Shown piece after piece: positions 1 to 13,653 of a stretch of DNA of 64,000 nucleotides; position 1 is the first letter of the stretch; each line of letters starts with the position of its first letter. The notes beneath the pieces are model-generated. The model worked only from the letters and a program-made list of their open reading frames with translations, did not search any database and was not told where the DNA came from. The stretch covers positions 56,291 through 120,290 of the forward strand of contig NW_002060953.1 of the NCBI RefSeq assembly GCF_000150275.1. The letters run 5' to 3'. A program made the position numbers and the translations under genes. The DNA comes from Trichoplax adhaerens. Its lineage: Eukaryota > Animalia > Placozoa.

Positions 1-1482
1 GCTATTAAAATTAAGCATCACATTAAAACATATAAGCTTTTATAGTGTTGCTAATACAATTTGTGTGTCTTTCTCTATTTTATCTACATACATAGGATCG
101 TTAATATTGATTAAAATAGAAAAATCTTACCAAAAGTCAAGGCATAAAGAAATGTATCAATAAAAATTGATTTAAATTTCAAATTTGTTACTAAAATCGA
201 CCGAATAAAATCTGATTTCTTTTTTTTTATCCAATAATCTGATATAACTGTCACCGTGAAGTAAAGTCTGATGCAAATATAAAAATTATTGACCTGCCTA
301 AATTAGTAATACTTCAAGCTTCAATAAAATTGGCTCCGAGCTTTAGCGGCATATAAATATGCTATATATTAAAATGGACTAAAATCCTTTATTATTACGA
401 ATTAAATCGTTCAATCAGTATTATCCCCATCTAAACAGCAACGAATAGTCTGCCATTCCATTCCTTGCATTTTGAATACCATTTATATCAGCAAAAATTA
501 TCTTTGCAAAGATCTTGGTTAAAGGTTTAATCATTTAGTTGTAATGCGATAGTTTAATTTTAAAGTTGAATATTCAAGAATTTTAAGCTCTTGTAGTGGC
601 TGCAGTACGAAAGTATAGTAGCCGTGGTAAAATTTGCTAGCAATCATTACGGTAATTTATAGAAACAATGACCCAAAATTGATTATTTATGTTTGTTTGG
701 ACCGTACTAAGTTTAGATCCTACACATTTTATATTCGAACAAATAATCTAACTAATATCCCAGATCAGTATGGAAGCCATGAAAGATAGTAGCTTAAAAT
801 AGAAAATCTAATTTATATATGTATCGACAAAATTAATATTATGAAAACAGAGTATCTTATAACTACAACATTAAAATCTAGAAAACTGAGATTAAGATTT
901 CTAAAAAATACCCGTGCAAACTAGCCAATCAATTAAATCTAATCCGAAATTCGGTAATGAATTCATTTCCTACGTACTAAGTAAAATTTCATAATGAGCA
1001 ATCGGCGTTTTCTAGGGTTAACTTAGATTACTGAGATAGAAATTAATACAGATCGATGGGATAACTTTTAACAAGGATGTTTCTGTTACAAAATAGACTA
1101 TACTCTGGAAATTATTGTAAATTGCGCGTCTCCTTTTGGAAGTAATTAGATTATTTTAAGCATTTAAGGATTTAAAAGTAAGACCAACTAAAATTTACAG
1201 GAGCAGCCAAAGTTGAATCTGTATCGTCGGACTAATTTAGAAATGGCCCTGTAAGCAAATACAGTACAAAATTTAATTATTGAAAAATTATGATATGGCC
1301 AATTATATTAATGAGTAAATTTATTTAGAACTGTCTTCTGCCTTTTATTTTTTTTTTCTTAATTTTGTGTTCAATATTCAATTCTTACTATGCGGCTACT
1401 TTTTAAGTTTTACAATCGATTTTATTGTGTATTAAGAAATCGAAATTGAAGAATTATTGTTCTATGGGTTATTGCATTCCAA

Positions 1483-1532
1483 NNNNNNNNNNNNNNNNNN
1501 NNNNNNNNNNNNNNNNNNNNNNNNNNNNNNNN
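1483..1532. other. Assembly gap (50 N)
   Basis: Run of N. Confidence 0.99.
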
Positions 1533-2600
1533 CATATACTGTAGAAAGAATGAACAGAATATAGAACTTAATCACGTCTGGAAATGAAATGAAAATGGCA
1601 GAGGTAACTTTTCTCTTAATGTTAGAGTTACTGGGGTGGTCAAATCAATTAAGTAGAACGTTTAATAATTTAGAACAGAGTTTAAAGATACTATTAAAAC
1701 ATCCGAAAATGCAGCTATTATTTGTATACCACTTATTTAAATCTAAAGTAATCCTAGAGTATCTCATTATAATTTGTTTATTCAGGAAGCTTTTATTAAA
1801 AGTGCCTCTTAAATAATTAAAAAATATATGATCTCGCAACTATCATCATTACGAATTATAGTATATTCAAAATTAGCCAATTGCATCATTCTGAAAAATT
1901 TCTTAGCTATAATTGCAATCTTCACTAAAAATATTTGCTTGAAAAGCCTATCAATTATTAAAGCATGCCATAAATAAAATATGGAGACAAACTGTTTATA
2001 ACTATAATATCTGTATATGGTATCAGGCTGTGGCTGGTCTACATACTTACACCTGTATGTCATAATTTAAGTAGGTATAGCACCAGAAAGTGCATTAAGT
2101 AAATGTTAAGACACAATATAATTGGTTTATTTAGTGATTATATTTAAATACGAAGAGACTTGAAAATTTTGCATTTTAATTACATTATTTCAAAATTTGA
2201 AATGCGTTTTTAGATAATGCTACTGGTATAAATTGTGGATAAGACAATAACGTAAAGATCATCATTTGTACAGGATATAACTGTTAAAGATTCGATAATA
2301 CCTAGGTAAGAAAGCACATACAAATACATATCTAGCGAGATATCGTTATGTCATACAACTAGAGTAAATTTACTGATCGAAATTGGCAACGAAAGCAACG
2401 AAAATCTAGCTTCCATCATCAAAATTTGTAACTGAACAAAAAACTGTAAGATATATAATATATGTTACGGCCAAAACCCGATATTCGTATATATTGGATT
2501 AAGTATCTAAGTTAAAGCACTGTTTTAGCCGGTCATCAATACCTACTAGAGCGTGTAAATGACAATTGTGACAGAAATTTATTAAACCTTACACTGGGAA

Positions 2601-3581
2601 ATGAATACTACATCAGCAACCTTGTATGGTTATAATCAATCGACAGTACCGTTAAATAATACGCAACTAACATTTGTTACTGATCTAATTATAAGAATAT
2701 CCATTAGTCTAGGCGGATTTATTTCCGTGGTTGCAGTTTTTGGTAATTTGTTTAACATTTTCTTCATTTACCGATGTCCAAATTTGCATAATATGAACAA
2801 TTTAATCATCGCCAACTTATCCTTTACAGATTTTTTTAATGGTTTAATTGTTATACCTATGATTGTTGTGTTTGGATTAACTGGTAGACCGGTATATTCC
2901 TTATGTCAATTCCAAGGATTCATTCTGACTTGGCTATATACAGCTTCTCTAACAACATCAGCGGCTGTCAGTACTGATCGCCTTTACGCTATAATGTATC
3001 CTTTCCGATATTATGCCAACATAACAGTGAAGAAACTCTGCCTTACTATGATATGCATTTGGTTCGTACCGACTATAATAGCTCTGATACCTTTGCTTGC
3101 CTTAGAAAATTATGGCTTAGGCAAATATAGATATATGGCATTTTGCGCCGTTAGTTTTATCTTCTACAGCGAAAATTACATAATTTGTTGGATATTAATT
3201 TCCTTTATTAGTATAACTATTATAATAATTCTATGTAGCTACTTAGCCATATTCTCTATCGCATATCGAAAAACAGTTCAAGATCTATCCCACAGTGGAA
3301 ATTTGAAAAAATCAATTCGAACAACTTCGTTAATAGTAGGTACAAATCTACTATGCTGGCTTCCATACTTGTTTCTAAATTTTGCACAGTACATCGATCG
3401 TGTCAATAATACCCCCGATATTAATTCCAGCAGTAGATCAGGTCCCACGTCGGTAGTTGCTATCTTTTTATTATTTAGCAATGCTGCTATTAATCCTATT
3501 ATTTATATGGTAACGAATAGCTATTTAAGAAAACAAATATGGTATCTGTTTTGTAAAACTCGCGTACATCCTATACCGTAA
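2601..3581 (+). CDS. Class A (rhodopsin-like) 7TM GPCR, copy 1, intact, single coding exon, 326 aa
   Basis: Seven hydrophobic segments; TM1 GN, TM2 NLSFTD, C3.25 in CQFQGF, DRL at the DRY position, TM4 W, TM6 CWLP, TM7 NPIIY; N-terminal N-glycosylation sequons NTT, NQS, NNT. Confidence 0.95.
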   Translation: MNTTSATLYGYNQSTVPLNNTQLTFVTDLIIRISISLGGFISVVAVFGNLFNIFFIYRCPNLHNMNNLIIANLSFTDFFNGLIVIPMIVVFGLTGRPVYSLCQFQGFILTWLYTASLTTSAAVSTDRLYAIMYPFRYYANITVKKLCLTMICIWFVPTIIALIPLLALENYGLGKYRYMAFCAVSFIFYSENYIICWILISFISITIIIILCSYLAIFSIAYRKTVQDLSHSGNLKKSIRTTSLIVGTNLLCWLPYLFLNFAQYIDRVNNTPDINSSSRSGPTSVVAIFLLFSNAAINPIIYMVTNSYLRKQIWYLFCKTRVHPIP

Positions 3582-6289
3582 TATCCAATACTACAGTATC
3601 GAACTCTGTTCCTGTTATTAAGGCTAAAGAGTCTTTGTTGTCGCATAATAACAGTAGTTCAAAAATGTAACGTATCCTACAGTATTATTAATAATATGAA
3701 AAGCCTCTTGATAAAGAAATCTATAATATATAAAATATTTAGCATCCAATCGAATAAAATTTTCGAAATACTTTTAAGTTTATACGAGATTCTAGGATAA
3801 TTTTTTAAATTTAAGCATAAGCGTAAATAGAATGTTGCTTATTTATCACCACAACAGTAATTAAGTACATGATGCTTTAAAAACTATAGTCAGACTTTGT
3901 AGTTATTCACTATACTGCTGAAAAATTAATTTTAATAATCATTTTAATAGCCGTATACTCGTATGTTCTAACAATGACTTGCGAACAAAGTTGAAAGATC
4001 TATAATTGGGCTGCTTTGCACAATTAAATTAGTTCTATTTTTGATTCGGGAAGGACTCAAGTCTATATTTAAATAGACTTGGACAAAGATCTTAAGTATT
4101 TATAGAGGACATAAAAGAAGCAGTTTAGATCATCTGTACGAATTGACTTACAAGTATAGAACAATTATCAGAATACTACTAAAATTCTACCTTAAAAGCA
4201 GCTATTACTAACATTACGCTCTTTATGATGCATTTAATCAATTCTTTAACTTCTATTTAATTAAATATTGGCACGTAACATGATATCGCTGAATTTATTA
4301 TCAATTAAGATGGAGCTTACGATTATCTACAGGCTTTAAATTTATTCACTAGATGTCAATAGCAAGTAAAATCAGTTTTTATTAGTTGGAGGAAAAAAAT
4401 TACGTTATAATAACATATTTCCTCATGACAAGATTATTTAAAAGTCGTTATAAAGTGCTCAAAGAAAGAATGTTTTCTGCTTGAAATAGCTATTACGCAC
4501 AAAAATCAATCTGTAATTTTTAATTATTAGCAGGATATATTGTGCATTTCAAAGAAATAAAATATTCATCGCTCCTAATTTTCGTTTATAAATTTAATTC
4601 AAGATGATAATAATCATAAATTAAAAAGCTTCAAGGTAATCTAGAAGAATTATACTGTTTCGAAAATTAGAGTATAAAAAAGTTTTCTGATAATTATAGA
4701 TGTAAACAGGAGCGATATTTTACGGACAGGCTAACTGTAATAAATGAGTGATACGGGCTTGTCCGAAATTATCAATAGAGCGATGGTAATTTTGATCTAA
4801 TATAAAAAAAATTAATGTAAACAGACTTCTTTAGGTGATCAATACTATTTGACGTTAATTTTGTAACAAAGTTGATGAAATATTTTTTACCAATTTCTGC
4901 GAATTTACCGGTAATGCTTAGCAATACTTCAAATAAAGTACACTAGTTTAGTATTCTAGCAAGGAATAAAAATCGTAAGATATCGCTCAAATAAACGTCG
5001 GTTGTACGAACAACATAATATGGTATATCTGTTTGCATATTATCGAGGGATAGATTCATTGCTCTATAAATCTATTTTTACAAGAATTGCTCCTCTTGTG
5101 CTAATGAATGACGTCATAAACTGTAGTATAGTCCTGAATATGCTATTGAACATAATATTACCAGAGTATGTAGCGTACAGTAGTTTCAAAAGTGATGATA
5201 ATTTATCAATGGTATTTGTTAGAGTAAAAGGTGAGATATTTATTAATTGTGAGCTTACGGGCGCATAAATTTTAGAGATTATGCTTAACATCACACCATT
5301 AACGCTTTGCGTTTGTAAGAGTTGCAATACTCGTTGGTACAATTCGTAAACCGAGTTTACATGTCGTTCTAGCTGCCCGTTTGGTATATTAATAAATCAT
5401 TTTTATTATAAAACAGGAAACTATTCCAATTATTATGAGCTTAATCGAGCGACTAATATTAATCATATATTGATTCTCAATCATAACTACTTGATGCATT
5501 TCTAAACTCATTGAAAGATGCAATAGTCGATTGAATCATCTTGACTCTAAATTAGTTCATATATTCAACTCTTTCAAAGAGTTCTTATATTTATTTCAGT
5601 CATTACTGATTTTCTATGTTCCTTGGGAGACTGCTAAGATAGAAATAATTTATTAATACTGAAAAGTAGTAACTAAATAACGCTTACTATTTTCGGCTAG
5701 GATTGGTTATAGTAAATAGAAAACAAATACTATAGTTCTGGTATACAATTACTAAGGCATAGAGTGTAAAGAAGATTTAGAGCGAAATTTAGTATGTATG
5801 CTATAAATGAATATGGGATTGGAACATGAATTAATCTCGGCAGTTATTTCAATCGTTTGTGAATGTACAGCAAACCAGGAGAGAAAGTAAAAAGTTATTT
5901 GAATGTAAAATGATGGTCTCTGTGCACAACTATAAGAAAGCTTAGTATTATATGTTTTTACTCTCATCAAAACAGTTAAATCAGAAATACTATATGTGAG
6001 CAATTTTGACAATGTAAATGGCAACTTGCTTCCGGCCAATTAACTGCTGCCAATAATTCAAAGTTCAAAGATGAATGATCATTTCAAAGAAATTTACTTC
6101 ACTTTAGGCAGACTTTGACAGCCTAGCAAATTCATTTAGAGTTTTGCCTGCGTTAAAATTTTGATCAGTCATAAATAATATAAATTGAACTATGCTAAGT
6201 ATGAAATACGAAGCAGGATCTTCCTTACAAAACATCAATTACATCTAGCATAGACCGGAAATTTAAGGAAACTATATTCGTCGCTACCG

Positions 6290-7140
6290 TTGATAGTATT
6301 GTTGTAACTACTGTCTTTGCCATTTATTTTAATTTCTTAAATTTTATTTTTTGTGTATCGACACGGTATGCTTCATAAAAACAAAAACTTACTTATCTGT
6401 AACATATCATTAAGCAATCTTCTTTATGGTTCAATAGCATTGCTATTTTTGACTGCGACTACGCTGATTAGCAAGCTTGCCAAGTTCAAGGCTTATCTGG
6501 AATCTACTTAATATAGGTCATCAGCGGTATTATTAGCTATCAGTATCGATCAAAGGCTGGCAATTGTAAATCTTTTTTCATTTTATATCTAGAATTAAGC
6601 TAACTAAGAAGCATAAAAGTAATATCATGCTGTAATGACCGAATAGTAATCTCCCGCTAATCTTGGCAGGATTGCCGATACTTGATTTAAAAAGATATGG
6701 TTCTGAAAGGTACATTTATTCGCATATCTTACTTTGCTCGATATTCTTTAATTTTGTTCCAGAAAGCCACGTTATATGCCGGATAGTGTTATTAATTAAT
6801 ACTAATTAGTATCTTTGCAATTGTTATTTTACGCTGTTACATTGCATTACTGATTGTTACGTTTCGAAAATTTAGATGAGTTAAAAAGCATAGCATCAGC
6901 ATTAGGAGATCTATTCGTAATACCTTTGCCTTTTATAAGATCCAAATTAATATACTAGATACTGTGCATAATTATCAATATGTATACTTTTCAGATTCTA
7001 GAGAGCAATACAATAGTTGCTATCAATGATTTTAATAACTTCGTAGCTATATATTACTCTTCTTAAATTCAGCGATCAATCCCGTTACATACGCAATAAC
7101 CAAACATGAACTGGTAAGCGATTGCTTCAAATACTAGATT
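6290..7140 (+). pseudogene. Heavily decayed GPCR paralogue (not in the ORF track)
   Basis: Manual translation gives family motifs in the correct order across shifting frames: VYRHGMLHKNKNLLICNISLSN (~6353), CQVQGL (~6478), AISIDQRLAIVN (~6536), LPILDLKRYGSERY (~6672), RRSIRNT (~6904), NSAINPVTYAIT (~7066). Multiple frameshifts and stops; boundaries approximate. Confidence 0.85.
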
Positions 7141-8209
7141 TGAATACATAGCCGGTAGCACAAATCGGCAACTTCTTCTGAATTACCTTACATAAATGCC
7201 TTGTTAGTTTGAAATTACTGATTTTATATTAATTTTTGTCTAAGATATTTCTAATGTGTGCTGTAGCTTTTAACCAGATAGTTTTATTTGCGAATAAAAA
7301 CATATGCATACTATATACTAAAGTCATTTCAGCCTAGCATTGTCACAACTCAGTAGTTGGAATAAGATAGACGCAAGTTAATAAAGACACAAAGTCATGT
7401 TTTAGAACTGAAGTCATTAACGACAGTGATCTTCGTCTTAAGAGAAACTCTGATTAAATAGAAAAGGTCTCTGCGAAAACAAGTTATTTTTGTTATCTTC
7501 ATTTGTTAATATGCTGTTCATGACTCTAGTAAATATGTAACAAATTTTCCTACGTCATCCTACTTTTTCTAAGACATTTGTGTCGAACAATATTTATTTG
7601 CAGTATCATGATTACTCCTGATTCATTTAGTAACAAACTTTTCAAACTATCTTAAATTAATTTTACGTGTATAATTTGATGCTACTAAAAATCGATGCTA
7701 GTCAGGTATAATCGGTAAAGCTAGTAAGCTAGAGGATAATTATTATACTGTAAAGTTAGAAAGCTTAATTAAAAATGAACAATAGCAAATTATAGGTTAT
7801 AACTAAGAGGATGATCTAGCGAATAAAGGATGATCGCAATGTTTTGTTACTTCATGAAGACTATTTCAAGCTTTCATGGCTACAGGATCTCATCATTACA
7901 AAGAACAAAACTTTATCATCAGAATAGAGGTATTCTTTGTCAAATATAAAGTCAATTTATCCATAAATATTAATCAATAGATTAGAATAATTGGGTCTAT
8001 AACTTATTCATTATCAGCCACATTAAATTTGAAACAATATACTGTAATTTTTAATTTATTAGGCTATCATCATTCGTTCTTCACATTGATCTGCTGTCAT
8101 TTGTCAAGAAATATCATGTATTAAGCTGTTACTATCTACAAAATTTAGCCCCTTTCTTCTATGCTCATTTAATTTCGTCATTATTAATATTAAAAAGTAG
8201 TTATATACG

Positions 8210-8758
8210 TGTAATGTAACTAGTATTGTGATTGTAGACTGCTAGCCATGTTTAGTATAATGTACGGTAGATATTATCCTAAGAGATATTTGGTAGCTAT
8301 AACTATAGACTGTTGTGGTAGAGACTCTATGCTAGAGTACAGATGACTATATACAGTAAGCTGTTGAGTTACTAATAAGGCTATAGGTAAAAATAGAACT
8401 GTAAATCATATATTAGGATATGGTTAATTCATTGTACTTTGCTGGTGTGAATAATGTCTACGTAAGTACTGTAGTCGTATCCATATTGGATTAATGATGG
8501 TCCGCAGTACAATAGTCTTACTAAGAATAGTTTAACTATGTGTAAAATAAGGTAAAAGGTTGCCATACGGATTGTAGCTGCGAAAGCTACGAAAAGTATA
8601 AAAGCATGCAACTTTAGATTATTCTGTTAGTTCGTTGTAGAAGTCTTTAGTAGTAGTATTCGGCTAAAGTAGAGCTGTGTGTAATTGATCTTTGTATAAG
8701 ATTCAATAAAGCCCTTATTTTTCTAAAATTTGGAATTTCGTGATTGGTATATATCACA
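8210..8758 (+). mobile_element. Probable solo LTR, family B (549 bp)
   Basis: Termini TGTAATG...ATCACA; perfect 5-bp TSD ATACG (8205-8209 / 8759-8763); TATAAA at 8597 and AATAAA at 8705; near-identical inverted copy at 50461-51012. Confidence 0.88.
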
Positions 8759-8844
8759 ATACGTTAAACGAGTAATAGCATATAGCATATCGTGCATGAT
8801 TTCTTATCACCGCTATTCAAGTCTGAGTATCCTTAAATTAGATC

Positions 8845-10121
8845 ATGGACTCGAACACTAATTTTTATCCTACTAATCCAGCACAATACGATGTAACTGT
8901 TGGTCTTCACAATCAAACAACATTATATCCAGATTTTGTATTTAGTAGAAACGATCCAAGAATCCTTTTCGCAATAATTATCGCAGTAATTATTAGTGTT
9001 TTAGCTGTAGCTGGAAATTTACTCAATTTAATTTTCATATATCTGTTACGGATTTACTAGCGTCTCTGTATCTAATTATAGGATTTCTTGTATTGCATTC
9101 ATATCGGTTGTATTGCAACCTTATCAGAGCTTAACGGCACTAGTTCTGTTCCGTACTAGATCAGTAAAGCTACAGTATTGTACAGTATATAAGGTGGTGA
9201 GAAATCAGAATAAAGGTAGATATTCACGTGGAAGCTTAGCTGACGATCTCGCTTCAGTTGACTGAGAGCATACCAAAAAACAGACGCTATCGTTACCGCT
9301 AACAATATCGATGTCCACTATTGAATGAAACGAACAATTTAGTTATCTTTAATTTAGCTTGTATTGATTTTCTTAATGGTTTGATAGTCATACCGTGTGC
9401 TATTATTACTATTGTAATGGGTAATTCAGGCGAAACTTTATGCCAATTGCAAGGATTTATTTTATTTGCAATGTATGGAGCATCTTTATCAGCTGTATCA
9501 GCTGTAAGCATCGATCGCTGTCTGGCAATCGTTAATTCATTTGGGTATCAACCCAATGTAAATACTCGAAAAAGTTTGGTAGTTCAATTATACATCTAGT
9601 TTATACCTTGTTAATTTGTGGCAATCCCCCTGTTAGGTCTAGAAAGATAAGGCTTAGGAAAATATTCATATCGGATTTTGTGTGGTATTTCTTTTAATGA
9701 TTATAAAACAAATTTGGCCATAGGCTGGATGTTCTGGATATTTATTGCTATAACCATTCTGATCATTTTATTTAGTTAAACTGTTATATTTGTTGTAGCC
9801 TGTAAAAAGATTGTTGGAAATTTGAGTCGCAGTAGAAACATTATGAAATCAATTAGGACAACATTACTAATTGTAGGAACTAACCTTATTTGTTGGGTAC
9901 CATATTTAATCTTTGGTATTAGAATGTATTCCACGCGAAAACACGACATAACTCTTTATAATTATATGCCAGATGCATCAATGATCATTTTAATATTATT
10001 GACATTTAGCAATGCTGCACTTAATCCAATGATCTATGCTACTACTAATAGCGTTTTACGTCAGCAATATCATCAATTTATTCATATAGTCCAAGTCCAA
10101 CCTTTTATAGCTTTGTCTTAA
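8845..10121 (+). pseudogene. GPCR pseudogene interrupted by an LTR-like insertion plus four nonsense codons
   Basis: Removing 9044-9309 restores the in-frame IFIYRCPLLNETNNL (copy 1 has FFIYRCPNLHNMNNL). In-frame stops at 9597 (TAG), 9612, 9648 and 9777 (TAA). DRC, CWVP and NPMIY motifs retained. Confidence 0.93.
9044..9304 (+). mobile_element. Probable solo LTR, family D (261 bp), inserted in GPCR coding sequence
   Basis: Termini TGTTACGG...CCGCTAACA (short imperfect inverted ends); perfect 5-bp TSD ATATC (9039-9043 / 9305-9309); TATATAA at 9186 and AATAAA at 9209. Confidence 0.88.
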
Positions 10122-12279
10122 TTTACTTTTTCCTTATTTTGAACAAAAAGTAATTAATACTAGCTTACAATCTAATCGATAATCAAGTTTAAAGCTTGTA
10201 AGAAAATACAATTCCTCTTCGCTAATGATGGCTTGTATTTACAATTAGTGCTGATAAGTATACATTCTTTAGACTAAATTTAACTTAAATGTTTATTTCT
10301 ACTTTTAATTAGTAGCAAAACTTTGCAACAACACATAATTTTATTTACCTTGCGCAAGCCTCACGTGCGTTGCCAAGTAATGTTATGTGCCAAAATCAGC
10401 CAAAACTCTGTCCATCATATCTCTTTTTTCTAAAGCTCATTATTGACGAATTATGTTACATCTTTTAAGCCAATATACTAAAAATTGATACTATAAGGAA
10501 TACAAGAAATTAAGGAAAATTGCAACACTTACATCATAAATAATCGCTGTTGTTGGTAAAGATATTATCGGTACCATCTTTTCTTTACTACTTTAATTTT
10601 AATGACAACTTAGCTACAAATAATATAAATTAGTCATATCAAAACTATGAATCAATGATTACAGGCGCTGAAGTCCTTATAAAAAAAAGCGCAGTGCATT
10701 CAGGTCTTATATCCTTTTTTGAAAATCTAAGCAGTTTGACTATTACTAATTATAATAACACGATGCATCTACCTTAAATAACTGTAGAATTAGAATAAAT
10801 AACAAGCCCTGAAAGTATTCAATATTAGAAACTATTCTAATACCAATTTTATTCTACACATGTTTGAAGGTAATCATACTAACTGTACAGTACGTTAATG
10901 CAGAATAGATTAGCAAGATGAATATACCTTATCTATAGAGTAGTCAACGATGTTTAGTAGCATAGCTTTATTTGCATTACGAAATGTTTCATACTTTTTC
11001 CATCTTGTGCCGTAATATTAATTGTAAATAATTTGTATTATATTGCGTGTTGTGTCTTGATCATTCTGTGAAAGAGAATTTTGATATTTATATCCTTAAA
11101 TATTATCGCATTAATTAGGTATTTCGAAATTAATTTATTGCCTAATTTTAATAAGCGCTTTTGACACACACCTAACTAAAATCTCAAATTTCTATAAAAG
11201 GGCATGTAAGCCCAATATTTTATAAAATAAACTTAGTTCTTAAGTTTAATACTAAGGCAAATTCAAAGGCGTATAAAGCACGAAGAATCTGTAAGATTAG
11301 GAATAAGTATCCAAAGTGTTTCTTAAACGATTTTAAGTAGAATAATACGTATTTCAGAGCGGGACAAATTATAGATTAAGCTTTTCGTTATTTTGCAACA
11401 AAGTCGGCTTGCAACAGTTAAGCAGTATTCTCTTACTGGGTTTGAAATATTGTTGAATGTCAAGATATTATTAGGTATCGCGGAATCCTTACGTTAATAG
11501 AATATTACCTAGTTATAGCTTAAATAATGTAGGAGCCATATTGCACTGCATTTTACAAGAGATATGAGAGCGTTTTCTTGCACAAACTAACATTACTCTC
11601 AAGTGTAAAAATAAACCATATATTTGCCTTATAAATCCGTTTCTTAGCGGTGACAAGATTATTTTCCTGGAGTCGAATGTGGATTTAAAAATTGAATATG
11701 CAAACATTCTAAGATCCAGATGCTATATTACTCTAAACTGCTGTTTAAAAAATACCGGGAGCAGATGTTAGAGCATGCAAGAAAAACAAGGTTAATAATA
11801 AGCATCATAACTATTTATTAAGCGTAACTATAAATTAGATATCTATCTGACTTACTAGGTCATACTCAAAATTGGAAAGTTTTAAAATTTAAACTTTAAT
11901 CTGTTAGCGTTCCAATAAACTTACACAGTACAATATTATTAATACATTTTGGTGTGAAAACGATATATATGACCATAACCATTTCTTTTAAGTACAAAAG
12001 TAATGCTTCTGTTAGCAGGCGTCTTTTTCTTATCCTAAATTATGTCCATTGCAGTTGTATATAAAATTAAAGATGTTACGATTCACCGTTCAAATTCGCT
12101 AATCCGCTTATGGCTTTGTCTCTATCCACTAGGTCTGCGAAAGTTGCTAGTGAATTTAAATGACTCCGTCATTTGATAGCTACTTTGCTATGAAAATTAA
12201 CAGAATCGATTGATTTTAATTGATACTCAAGTCTTTATTAAAATTGCAAGATTGCAATACTTGATTTCATCAGCAATGG

Positions 12280-13637
12280 TGTAGTAAAGGACTAAAAGTA
12301 GAGTTCTTTATAGCGTTTAGTATGTAACTAGTACTATTTTACTATAGAAAATACCTAGAAAGTAATAGTGTCTTTAAGTTTTACCCTGCCAAATCATCAT
12401 GTCGCCATCTTTTCTTTTTCATTATTCTACAAGGTATTATACAGATTACTATAGAAGTAGCCTTAGAGCCAATGCCTAATCTAAAGAAAGGGCGTTTCAT
12501 CATCTACTCAAATTGTAACAAAATTTGACTTAGTAACAAAACCCTATCCTTGGAGAAAGGGGACTTATGACATGACGGTAAATTACTGTAATGTAGTCTA
12601 CAATCGTACAGTTACCGTACAACCTGACGCTAAAACATCAACTGTCAATACTCAGCGATACTAATGACAGAAAAGTAGTCGTGATAGTCATATAAAATTT
12701 TTTGAAAAAGCGATTACTGTGATCATTATAAAATCCGGATTTTTCGGATTCGGATTCCGGAACCGGTCGGATTTATGTCCGATATAATTTTCCTGTTTTA
12801 ATTGTTGGATTTTTGTTCATGGAAAATATTGTAAGGGTAGATTTTTTAAATTTGAACTTATTGTTATGAATTTGAAACTTTGGAATTTTATGACGTGACA
12901 CGAAAGTCACATTAGGAAAGTTTAGTGAGGAAAATAGAAAATAAGATGGAAATTGGCAGAGGTTGTGTTGATTGTTATGTAGTTAGAATGTTATTTTTGT
13001 GACTAAATCTTGATATTTAAAGGTTAATTTTTAGACTTTTATAGTGCATTAATGATAGAAATTATGCTAGAAGTGAAGTTTGATGTATTTTATAGTTAAC
13101 TTGTTGGTTTATAGTGTTTTGTTAGGGAATCGTATGGTAAATTGTGTCTGAACTTTGAATGATTTTTGTTTTCTTAAATGGTGCGAAGTAGTTTTCTAAA
13201 ACGGATCTTGAGAGCGATTGGTTAGCAAATGTTTAGTTTTAAATACCTCTGACGGCTCTACAATGCCTATAAATGATAGTGCAATTAGAAAATTTAGAGG
13301 GAGAGTAGAAGAAGATTGTTTTGAAGAACTTGTTAATTTAAAAGGCCTTCGGGGTCGAATTGTCGTAAGTTAAAACGTTCTTCTTTTTGAAAGGTTGTTT
13401 GGTCGTTGACATTTTTAAGTCTGTCACTTATTTTATTAATACTTAAAGCTAAGTATTTGCAACGTTATTCAGTTTATACTTCTCTCAATTTTGTATTGTA
13501 ATAAATTGTTGTTCGATTATTTCCCCAAATTATATTTGGGGTCAAAGTTTCGTTAAGTCGACCGGAGTTCAACGAAAGTAGAATCAAAGTTTGTTAAAGT
13601 TTTGTAGCTTGATCTCTACACATTTCATTTCAATACA
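12280..13637 (+). mobile_element. Family A element (1358 bp), probable long solo LTR
   Basis: Termini TGTAGT...AATACA; 4-bp flanks ATGG/GTGG (one mismatch); colinear with 33157-34620 and 25833-27018; TATAAA at 13268, AATAAA at 13500; no coding capacity. Confidence 0.8.
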
Positions 13638-13653
13638 GTGGCATATATGTTAG

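Noticed and set aside
2463-2573. TGTTACGG...GTGACA just upstream of the first GPCR, resembling LTR termini
   Set aside because: No TSD and no similarity to families C or D beyond 8 bp.
3278-3481. Antisense or alternate-frame ORFs overlapping GPCR genes (also 15545, 22628, 31575, 43272, 54849)
   Set aside because: Short shadow ORFs of the receptor coding sequence.
2601-3581. Opsin or biogenic-amine receptor assignment for the family
   Set aside because: Position 7.43 is Phe/Leu rather than Lys and position 3.32 is Leu/Val/Thr rather than Asp; no gene symbol can be justified.
8429-8611. Short hydrophobic ORFs 8429..8611 and 30170..30361, similar to each other
   Set aside because: Both lie inside family B repeats; the similarity reflects the repeat, with no evidence of a protein.
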